Positions 45,452 to 54,400 of a stretch of DNA of 64,000 nucleotides are shown here, in pieces; position 1 is the stretch's first letter, and every line of letters starts with the position of its first letter. Location: positions 41,248 through 105,247 of the forward strand of contig VXMO01000002.1 in assembly GCA_009841045.1 (NCBI GenBank), given 5' to 3'. The DNA is from Dehalococcoidia bacterium (GTDB lineage: Bacteria > Chloroflexota > Dehalococcoidia > UBA6926). The notes under the pieces were generated by a model. The model saw only the letters and a program-made list of their open reading frames with translations, searched no databases and had not been told where the DNA came from. Both the position numbers and the translations under genes were made by a program.

Positions 45452-48400
45452 ACCTGACCTCTGCACAGGAACAGGCCGTAACCGAGCGAGGTCGTGATGT
45501 CATCGTGACCGCCGGCGCGGGCAGTGGCAAGACGCGCGTCCTCGTGGAGCGTTACGTCTCGCTCCTTGAAGACCACGATATCGATCAGCTCGTCGCCGTT
45601 ACATTCACGGACGCCGCCGCCGCTGAGATGCGTGGGCGTGTTCGGCAGGCCGTCACGAGTCGGCAGAACCTGAAGCGCCATATCCCCCATCTTGATCACG
45701 CCATCATCGGCACCATCCACTCCCTCTGCCTTCAACTGTTGCGTGATAACCCTGTGGCGGCCGGCATTGACCCCGGCGCGACTGTGTTGGACGAAAATGA
45801 GGCGCAGGTTGAGCTGCTCATCGCGTGCCGTGATGCCATCGAGGCAGCCGCTACAGGCGAGGGGCCGGGCGTGGAGGCTCTGCTGTGGATTGGCGTCCAC
45901 GCTACGCGAGAAGCGCTGCCACGCATGGTTGAGCGACGCGACGAAGTGGAGGGCGCTTTCGGCAGTGACTCACGTCCTGAACGCGAGGCGCATATCAAGA
46001 GCGTGCTGGATGCTCATGTGGATGGGCTGGTGCGGGAACTGCGCCCAATTCTTGCTGACCATCGCGGATTTTTGATACACGCGCGGATTCCCGACAGGAT
46101 AGACAGACTCACCGGCACAGTTGAAGCGGTGCTGGAAGAGCTCGGCGACCCCATGGCGGGAGACAACGACGATCTGATCAGCCGTCTTCGTGCCGTCTCA
46201 GAGATTCCGAGCCCCGGAAGTGTCGGAAGCAGAAATACCTGGTTCGCTACCCCAATAGAAGTCCGTGCTGTCGTCAGGGAACTCCGCGCCGCATACGAAA
46301 CAGTCGGGCCGTTTCAGTGGAACGACGCGGATGTGGATGCCTTGGATGCGCTGGAGTCGCTGAAAGAGCTTTTTCTCGCGGCCTGTGATCGCTACGAAGC
46401 TCGAAAGCACGATTTATCAGCTCTGGATTTCCTCGATCTTGAATTGAAAGCTATTGCATTGCTGCAAGAATCGCCAAGGACGGTAGCCGCGTATCGCTCG
46501 CGATTCAGGCATATCCTCGTCGATGAGGCACAGGACCTCAACCCGCCCCAATTCAGATTCCTTGAGTTGTTGACAGGCGAGCGGGGAGACTCGCCTGAAT
46601 CGCGCCCTGAGCGATTCTTTGTCGGAGACATTAAGCAGTCGATCTATCGTTTCCGCCGCAGCGATGTCCGCAACCTGAACAACCTGCTTAAACAGGTCAA
46701 ACATGACGATGGCGCTCTTGTTTCTCTCAATACGTCTTTCCGCTCCCACGAGCGTCTTGTGAAGGGTGTGAATGTCGTTATGAGAGACGTGTTCGGCGAG
46801 GCGAAAGCGGACTACGAGGCGCCGATGGAGCCAATGATAGCTATTCGCGCCTCTGGGAACTCCCACCCGGCTATGGAAGCTCTGCCCATTGCCCGGGAGT
46901 TCGCCAATCCTGACGAGGCCGGAACCCCAAGGGATTCTGAAAAGCGCCGCATGGAAGCGGATCGTTGCGCACAACGCATCAGGAGACTCATTGATGACGG
47001 ATTTCCGGTCTGGGACAACGACAAGAACGAATACCGTCCCGCAACCGCCGGTGATGTCGTTATCCTCATGCGCGGCATGATCCACGCCTATGAATATGAG
47101 CGCGCGCTTGAGAATCACGGCATCCGGTATCGAACCGCATCGGGTGGAGATTTCTACACTCGCTCTGAGATCGTCGACCTCACGAACCTGATGGAATGGC
47201 TGGCTGAGCCTGCCAACGGCATTGCGCTTGTTGGACTGCTGAGATCACCGTTCTTTGCCATTGATGATGAAACCTTGCTTGCGTTAACCCAAACACAGAG
47301 TTCTCGTCCCGATGGCAATTCGATCTTGCATGCGCTGAGCAACCTGCCTGAAGACATCCTGCGTCAAACCCGCCCGCTCCGTGTTCGCGCTGCGCGAATT
47401 TTGGAGCAACTCCGAGAAGAATCCCGCCTGGCCACGCCCGAGCAACTCCTTGAACAGGCGCTGAACCTGACCAACTATGAGGCGGCATGGGCGCCGGTGC
47501 GTGGCGGTGACCAGGTACTCGCCAACATCCGGCAGTTCGCCGGAATAGCGCGTTCTCTGCCGGACAAGACCGTTGATGAGTTTGTCGACCACATAAGAAC
47601 TCTGCGGGATGACCTGGAGACCCGTGCGCCACAGGCTGCTCTTGATGCCGTTGACGCCGTACGCCTGTTGACCATCCACTCGTCCAAGGGCTTGGAGTTC
47701 CCGATCGTTTTTCTTGCGGACGCAGGAGCAAATCGCGGTGGCCCGCGTACCTCGACAGTGCTGTGGCGCGCGGAAGAAGGTATCTCTCTGACGCTTGAGC
47801 GAGATGTTTCGGAAATCGACGAGAACCGCAGGCAGCCCGGGTTCTACGCCTACCTCAAGGAACTTGAGAGACGCGAGGACGAAGCCGAGAACAAGCGATT
47901 GCTCTATGTCGCTGCGACTCGCGCCGCAGACCTGTTCGTCGTGAGCGGTGCGGAGCCCACTGAAAACAACGAGCCGTGGCTCAGCATTTTCACGAAGCCG
48001 GAATATGGTGATCACATCAATATAAGTGAGCCAACGCGGGTCGATTTGGACGCGCTCAAGAGTCGTTCCCCCAAGGTCTCGCTGAAAATCCCGGAATCCG
48101 AGACAGAACAACCCGCGGACGCCCCACTCCTCGGCCGCCGTGGCGCAATCCCCATCCGCTCAAGCACGCCCGCAACCGCCCTGGAGCAGGGCGACGGAAC
48201 CAGATTCTCCGGCAGATCTGATCCTCTTGCCCTCATTCGTGGAACGTTGACTCATGCGGCAATCGAAGAGTGGTTCACTAAAGAGAAACGCCCAGACATT
48301 CGAGACTTGGCGCACCGTACCGGCCTGCGCCTAAACGACGAAGACATGGCGGACATCGAGGCGGACGTGAACGCTATGCTCGGCGATTTTGACTCCTCTA

Positions 48401-48816
48401 ATCTCGCTGCAACTCTTCGCGGAGATGCCACCACACAAAAACACTTTGAGATGCCGTTCTCGTGGGAATGGGGCGGTGTCGCCGTCCATGGCGCCATCGA
48501 CCTTGCCTATTTGACCAACGGTGAATGGCACGTCGTGGACTTCAAGACGGACCGCGTAGAAAAGGGCAGGGAAGCCGAACACGCCGAGACCTACCTCACC
48601 CAACTTGGTGTCTACGCGGGTGCGATTGAAGCGGCCACCGGCCACCGCCCCAAAGCCGGCCTCATGTTCCTGCGCACGGGAACGCTCCATTGGGCCGAGC
48701 CGGATGAAATCGATGCCGCGCTCAGTGGCACCCGCCAAAAGATTGACAGTGGTGAAATTGCGCTTACAGAAACCGACGAGACAGGCGAATTCGCAGACGA
48801 GCAACTAAGCATATAG
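45448..48816 (+). CDS. addA: AddA-like UvrD helicase with RecB-type nuclease
   Basis: AGAGSGKT, TFTDAAA, TIHS, VDEAQD, VGDIKQSIYRFR, TIHSSKGLEF, YVAATRA, GAIDL, VDFKTD; ATGA overlap with addB. Confidence 0.9.
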   Translation: MNLTSAQEQAVTERGRDVIVTAGAGSGKTRVLVERYVSLLEDHDIDQLVAVTFTDAAAAEMRGRVRQAVTSRQNLKRHIPHLDHAIIGTIHSLCLQLLRDNPVAAGIDPGATVLDENEAQVELLIACRDAIEAAATGEGPGVEALLWIGVHATREALPRMVERRDEVEGAFGSDSRPEREAHIKSVLDAHVDGLVRELRPILADHRGFLIHARIPDRIDRLTGTVEAVLEELGDPMAGDNDDLISRLRAVSEIPSPGSVGSRNTWFATPIEVRAVVRELRAAYETVGPFQWNDADVDALDALESLKELFLAACDRYEARKHDLSALDFLDLELKAIALLQESPRTVAAYRSRFRHILVDEAQDLNPPQFRFLELLTGERGDSPESRPERFFVGDIKQSIYRFRRSDVRNLNNLLKQVKHDDGALVSLNTSFRSHERLVKGVNVVMRDVFGEAKADYEAPMEPMIAIRASGNSHPAMEALPIAREFANPDEAGTPRDSEKRRMEADRCAQRIRRLIDDGFPVWDNDKNEYRPATAGDVVILMRGMIHAYEYERALENHGIRYRTASGGDFYTRSEIVDLTNLMEWLAEPANGIALVGLLRSPFFAIDDETLLALTQTQSSRPDGNSILHALSNLPEDILRQTRPLRVRAARILEQLREESRLATPEQLLEQALNLTNYEAAWAPVRGGDQVLANIRQFAGIARSLPDKTVDEFVDHIRTLRDDLETRAPQAALDAVDAVRLLTIHSSKGLEFPIVFLADAGANRGGPRTSTVLWRAEEGISLTLERDVSEIDENRRQPGFYAYLKELERREDEAENKRLLYVAATRAADLFVVSGAEPTENNEPWLSIFTKPEYGDHINISEPTRVDLDALKSRSPKVSLKIPESETEQPADAPLLGRRGAIPIRSSTPATALEQGDGTRFSGRSDPLALIRGTLTHAAIEEWFTKEKRPDIRDLAHRTGLRLNDEDMADIEADVNAMLGDFDSSNLAATLRGDATTQKHFEMPFSWEWGGVAVHGAIDLAYLTNGEWHVVDFKTDRVEKGREAEHAETYLTQLGVYAGAIEAATGHRPKAGLMFLRTGTLHWAEPDEIDAALSGTRQKIDSGEIALTETDETGEFADEQLSI

Positions 48817-48830
48817 AGGAGGTAGTTCAC

Positions 48831-49295
48831 ATGGCAAAGGCAAAGCGCATCAGCCCGTTTCTCTGGTTTGACGGCAAAGCGAAGGAAGCAGCTGAACACT
48901 ACGTGTCCGTCTTTCCCAACTCTCGAATCACAAATCTAACGGAGATTTCTGCAGGCCCTGCAAACGGAGCGGCCCAAATAGAGTTTGAACTGAACGGCCT
49001 CACATTTACCGCTCTTGACGGTGGGCCGATGTTTGAAATGACCCCGGCAATCTCCTTCGTCGTCCCTTGCGAATCACAGGAAGAGATTGACTACTACTGG
49101 GACAAGCTGGCTGAGGGCGGCACGCAGGGTTTCGCTGGCTGGCTCACTGATCGCTTTGGCCTCTCCTGGCAAGTTGTGCCGGCGAATCTTGATGAATTGA
49201 TGGCGCGTGCGCCCACCGCCGTTATGGAGAGCCTGTTGACCATGACGAAGATTAATATTGATCAATTGATTGAGGCCAGCCGCCGTGTCGGGTAA
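48831..49295 (+). CDS. VOC/PhnB family protein
   Basis: ISPFLWFDGKAKEA, FELNG, LDGGP, TPAISF, GWLTDRFGLSWQ. Confidence 0.92.
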   Translation: MAKAKRISPFLWFDGKAKEAAEHYVSVFPNSRITNLTEISAGPANGAAQIEFELNGLTFTALDGGPMFEMTPAISFVVPCESQEEIDYYWDKLAEGGTQGFAGWLTDRFGLSWQVVPANLDELMARAPTAVMESLLTMTKINIDQLIEASRRVG

Positions 49296-49342
49296 CTCCG
49301 CGTATGCGGGTGGTTTGCCAACTGGATCGAGACAATGACCGC

Positions 49343-50254
49343 CTATGTCGGCGTGAGGCTCTGGATGTACTCCCGCACTGACGCAGCGCACTCCTCCGGT
49401 CTCTCGAAGATCATGAAATGGGTAGCCTCCGGCATGAAATCGTAATCAATGCTGAGGATGTCACTGAGGTCCATTGTCGGAAGGTATGAGTACGGCAGGG
49501 TGGGATCTGCTCCCAAGACTCTGACTGGACAGACCATGCTGTCAAAATTTATCGATACAGCATAGACGCCGGCATATTCAACAACCTGCGCCTCATACTC
49601 GCGGGGGCAGCGGAGTACAAACCCTTCCCCGTCCACCGATTCTCCAAGCGTAGTCTCAGCCACAAGATTTGCAATTCCTGGGATAACATTCTTGAATGTT
49701 GGCATGTAGGGCAGCACGCCCGCGAACTCGGAACGAGTTTTATACCGCTCAGTACGCGTTCTGGTCAGATTGGCCGCGCGGGTCGCCGCGACTTCAAATT
49801 CTTCATAACCCACCCCCGGCTTGCATGTAGGTGGATCGAACAGATAGAGGCCGGACAAACCGCTGCCCTTTGTTGGGGCTAGCAAGGCGACTAGCGCTGA
49901 AATAGAGTGAAAGACTCCAAAGGTAGGCTTATCCCCATACTCCTCACGGATCGATTCTAGCACTTGTTCGTAATCACGCATAAACGTCGGAAGGTTGTGA
50001 TTCCGAATGTCTCCCACGGGGTTCCAGCCATGATTTCTCAGGTCGTAGATGATCAGGTCGTAGTCGTCCAGCAGGTTTGACCAGAGCGGATAGTAGAGGT
50101 CAATGGCCAGACCGTTGCCGTGGCACATAACAAGTCGTGGTCCATCGGGATTACCATGGCGTCGCACCCGGATGATCGTCGTTTCATCGACGGTCACGTC
50201 ATGAATGGAAATTGGCTCAGGAACGTGCCAAACAGGCTGGGGTTCTTCGGTCAC
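49343..50254 (-). CDS. Alpha/beta hydrolase (SupD-like)
   Basis: CHGNG, YDLRNHG, FHSIS nucleophile elbow, ATHFM; stop/start overlap with the PPTase gene. Confidence 0.85.
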   Translation of the reverse strand: MTEEPQPVWHVPEPISIHDVTVDETTIIRVRRHGNPDGPRLVMCHGNGLAIDLYYPLWSNLLDDYDLIIYDLRNHGWNPVGDIRNHNLPTFMRDYEQVLESIREEYGDKPTFGVFHSISALVALLAPTKGSGLSGLYLFDPPTCKPGVGYEEFEVAATRAANLTRTRTERYKTRSEFAGVLPYMPTFKNVIPGIANLVAETTLGESVDGEGFVLRCPREYEAQVVEYAGVYAVSINFDSMVCPVRVLGADPTLPYSYLPTMDLSDILSIDYDFMPEATHFMIFERPEECAASVREYIQSLTPT

Positions 50255-50985
50255 TCGAACATATCCTCACTTGTGCAGGACACCACTGTTTCTACGGCGA
50301 GCGCGCCCACAAAATCGCTGGTACTGAACTTGTGCAGCCGCCAGGCTACGTCCGGAAACTCGGGTAGTCGGATGTGGCCCGTGATTGCTCCCCGGCGTAT
50401 GGCGGTCGGCGTTTCTATGCATTGTAGGTTCGCGGAGAGCCCCACGCCGGTGGCCTTGGCAATTGCCTCCTTGAGCGTCCATATCTCAAAGAATGCCCTT
50501 GTGTCGAAGCCTTTGTCCGCGATCGAAACCGCAGCCTGCTCATCTGGACTGAAGGTCGATCCAATAATCGCGTCGAATCGAAATTCCTGGTTGAGCTCTT
50601 CGATATCGATTCCTAGCTGATGATCCGGCGAAATTGCGAGCATCCCACTATCTCCGCTATGGCTCACATTGAAATGGAGTGGGGCAGGGACGCCGTCCAC
50701 GTATGCGCGTGGTTTGCCGCGTTCCACCCAGCCAAACTCAAGCTCCTCATTATCGCAGGTGAGAGTTTCGCAAAGAACCGCTCGAAGCGCTGCTCGGCTT
50801 AGCGCGAAGCGTCGCTTCGGTGCGCCGGGGTGATAGCGTGTCCACCGTTCACGTTCCAATTTGTTCAGGGATTTCACGGCTTGGGACTCGCGTGCCGCGT
50901 TTGGTGATAGATCGATATGAACAATATCAACGCCGTCAATTTGCGCGAAGCAAGACCACCACTGATTGACCATATCGGTGTCCAT
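50251..50985 (-). CDS. Sfp-type 4'-phosphopantetheinyl transferase (SupC-like)
   Basis: GKP, FNVSHSG, LGIDIE, WTLKEAIAKATGVGL; exact start uncertain. Confidence 0.95.
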   Translation of the reverse strand: MDTDMVNQWWSCFAQIDGVDIVHIDLSPNAARESQAVKSLNKLERERWTRYHPGAPKRRFALSRAALRAVLCETLTCDNEELEFGWVERGKPRAYVDGVPAPLHFNVSHSGDSGMLAISPDHQLGIDIEELNQEFRFDAIIGSTFSPDEQAAVSIADKGFDTRAFFEIWTLKEAIAKATGVGLSANLQCIETPTAIRRGAITGHIRLPEFPDVAWRLHKFSTSDFVGALAVETVVSCTSEDMFE

Positions 50986-51030
50986 CGTTTCAATTGTACG
51001 TGAACAATGGAGACCCAAACCAATTGACGG

Positions 51031-51067
51031 CGGGAGGGAGCAGATTATAACTGCTCCCTCCCGTTTT
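51031..51067. terminator. 13-bp stem hairpin between the ACP and PPTase genes
   Basis: CGGGAGGGAGCAG-ATTATAA-CTGCTCCCTCCCG followed by TTTT on the + strand only. Confidence 0.7.
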
Positions 51068-51113
51068 GTGCCCTTACTTCAATTGGCGTTTGCCTGGAAG
51101 TGTGGGGCGTGTA

Positions 51114-51350
51114 CTACGCGGCGTTCGCGTTGATGTGGTTGACTAGATCACCAACGTTGTTGAGTCCGGCGAAGTCCTCCGGGGTCACGGAGATGCCGAA
51201 CTCGTCCGCTACGAGCTTGGCGAAAGCGACGACCTGTGCCGAGGGCACGCCTGCCGACGCGAAATTCAGGTTCGTGTCCAGACTCTCGGTAGCCGGAACA
51301 TCGAGGTTGTCATGGATCAACTTGTGAAGCCTCTCTTCTGTGGTTGCCAT
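51114..51350 (-). CDS. Stand-alone acyl carrier protein (SupB-like)
   Basis: 78 aa, acidic; AGVPS serine, ..EFGI.V..EDF...VGDLV pattern; AAAGGAG RBS. Confidence 0.85.
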   Translation of the reverse strand: MATTEERLHKLIHDNLDVPATESLDTNLNFASAGVPSAQVVAFAKLVADEFGISVTPEDFAGLNNVGDLVNHINANAA

Positions 51351-51429
51351 TGTGCAACTCCTTTCCCTGTTCTTGCCTGTGCTGTGTATTAGCCTATCGT
51401 ATTCAGTGATGTGTGTCTCTTAAAATCCC

Positions 51430-54400
51430 TTAACCTGCTCCGTTCCTTGACCGTACCCAATACCGTCTACGCTGGAATGGGTAGCCGGGTACGGAGATTC
51501 TCAGGCGCTCCTCTCCCGCGAAGAATTTCACGAAATCGACATCCTGTCCGGCCTCGTACGCTCGCGCCGCAGCGCTCACAGGGTCGGTGTCTCTGTTCGC
51601 CGCCGCGCCATTCGCCGGGGAAGAACCGTCAATGAGCCGCTGGAGGCCCGCCCGCAAGTCATCCACGTTTGTGAAGACCACGCCCCCGCGGGCAGGGAAG
51701 TGGCTGCGCCCGACAGATGCTGTCCATGCCATGTCCGCAAGCGCCTCGTCAACGTGGTTGGCGTTTTCCGCCGACCCATTCACGCGGGTATCGAGCCAAT
51801 CGCGATATCGCTCCGCAAGTTCGCGCAGGGCAGCATCGTCCTTGGCGGAAAGCGGTAGCAGCCGCGCCTTTGGTGCGGCGGATGGAGTGGGTTGCCGGGC
51901 GCCTGCCTCGTAGCCCTCGATAATAACGTGAGCGTTTGCGCCCGTCATGCCGAAGACGTTGATCGCCGCCATCGTGGGTCGATCAGCAGGCGCGGGCCAG
52001 TCCATTGCCTCTATGGGGATGTGCAGTGGCATGTTGCTCCAGTCGATTTCTGGGTTGGGCGTCGTGAAATTAAGGTGTTTGGGGATGAGACGGTGCTTCA
52101 TTGCGAGAACGACCTTAATGAGGCCTGCCATTCCCGAGGCCGCCTCGAGGTGTCCCATGTTCGTCTTGACCGATCCCATGATGAGCGGGCGATCCGCCTC
52201 ACGATCCCGTCCGTAGACGGCGGCGACGGCGTTGGCCTCGATAGAGTCTCCGAGCGGCGTGCCCGTGCCGTGTGCCTCCAGGTAGTCGATATCGGACGGC
52301 GTAACACCTGAACGTTCGAGGGCGTCCCGCATCACCGTCTGCTGTGCGGCCCCGTTGGGGCTGATCATGCTGAATCCCGCACCATTCTGGTTGACGGCCG
52401 AACCACGTACCACGCCCCAAATATGGTCTCCGTCTCTCTCTGCATCGCTAAGTCGCTTCAGTACAACAAAGCCGCAGCCTTCGCCACGCACGTAGCCGTC
52501 GCCTGACGCGTCAAAGCTGGCTGTCCTTCCGCTTCGGGAGAGGATGCCCAATTCAGCAAGGAAGCGCGACGTCGACTGGGAGAGAATGATGCTCACACCA
52601 CCGGCAAGCGCCAGGTCAACCTCGCCATTTCGGAGCGCCGCCGCGCCCTGATGGACCGCCGCCACCGATGACGTGCAGGCAAGGTCGATTGGCACGGCAG
52701 GTCCCTGTAGCCCGAATGTAAACGCGATCCGACCAATGGCCATGCTTGGAGTGGTTCCAAAGATATCCTCGCCGCCATTCCTGGCAAGCACAGTACGATA
52801 CTCACTGCCACTGATACCGGCGTAGACCCCGGTCTGGCTCCCTCGCAATTCGTCCGGATTGATCCCCGCGTCTTCCAATGCCTGCCATGCTGTTTCCAGG
52901 AGTAATCGCTGCTGAGGGTCCATCGTCCGCGCCTCAATGGGCTGGATTCGGAAGAACCGTGGATCGAACTCGTCGATGTTCTCCAGGAACGCGCCGTGCC
53001 GCTCATACGAGTTCTTGGCGTTTGGATCGCCGAGCAGCCCCGTCCAGTCGCCGCGGTTCGTGCGTCCGTCCGTAACGGCGGATTCGCCGTTCTCAAGCAG
53101 ATGCCAGAAGGCATCAAGATTCTCTGACCCCGGGAAGCGGCATGCCATTCCAACGATGGCGATAGCGTCCTGATCCGTCTGTCTCTTGACGCGTGGTGTG
53201 GCTGCAGGTGTCTCCACGACCCGCGCGGGAGATGGCGGCGCAGGCAATTCCACGACGGGCGCAGGAAGCGGCGGTGTGGACCTCTCCACGATTGGCGTGG
53301 CAGAAGGTGCGATCTCGCCAAGCTCGCCCGCCACGTGGGCGGCCAGTCTCCCAATGCTCGGATAGTCAAAGACGACAGTGTTGGGCGCGACATATGCTCC
53401 AACGAGCGCGCGATTAATCCTGTTCCGCAGTTCGACGGCCATCAACGAATCCATGCCGAGTTCGGAGAACTCCGCCGCGGGAGTCGGCTGCGACGGCATT
53501 CGCATCACCGACTGCAACTCCCGCCGGAGGAATTCGATGATCAGCTGCTCGCGCTCATCCGGAGCGGCGTTCCCGAGACTGGCAAGCAGTGTCTCGCCCG
53601 CATCCGCCGATCCTGCGTCCTCGTCTGATTCCACGTGCTCGAACTCCGTGAACAACGGCGGCGTGAACCCCACGCTGTCAAGGAACGACTCCCACTCGAT
53701 GGAAGTCACGGTTGCGTTCGTCCAGTCTTGGTGAACAAGCCAGTCAAAGGCGCGCATGCCTTGATCAGGAGACATCCAGAGCGTTCCTCGCTCCGCCAGC
53801 GTCTCCTCGATTCGCTCCCGCTGCTCCGCCGCCTCTCCGATGTCCGACCACGCGCCCCATGCGATGGTCTGACCGGCAAGCCCCATCGCGCGGCGGTGCC
53901 CGGCCAATTGATCGAGGAACGCGTTAGCGGCGGCGTGGTTCGCCTGTCCGGGGTTGCCGAACACGCCCGCCACGCTGGAGAACAGGATGAACATGTCCAG
54001 ATCGCGATTCAGCGTCGCCCGATGCAACTGCCACGCGCCCAGGATCTTTGGCGAGAGCACTCGCTCAAACGAGTCCCATGTCTGGTTGGCGACGGATGCA
54101 TCCGCTAGGACGCCAACGCTGTGGATGACGCCTGCCAGTGGTGGGAGTGACGCATCGATCCGCTCAAGCATTGCATCAATTGCCGCGCCGTCCGTCACGT
54201 CCGCGAGTTCCACCTGCACGGTAACGCCCACCTCGCGCAGTTCGTCGATGACCTCCTGCGCCTCCGGATCAGGATTGCGCCGCCCGTTGAGCACGATTGC
54301 GCCCGCCCCCTTGTCCGCGAGCCACCGCGCCACCTCCGTGCCGATACCTCCCAACCCGCCGGTCACGAGGTACGTCCTGTCGGCGCGGAGGCTGCCGCTC

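Noticed and set aside
42545-48816. Helicase-nuclease pair as Cas4/CRISPR or a novel defence system
   Set aside because: Domain order, Fe-S cysteines and gene overlap match ordinary AddAB; no cas genes or array nearby.
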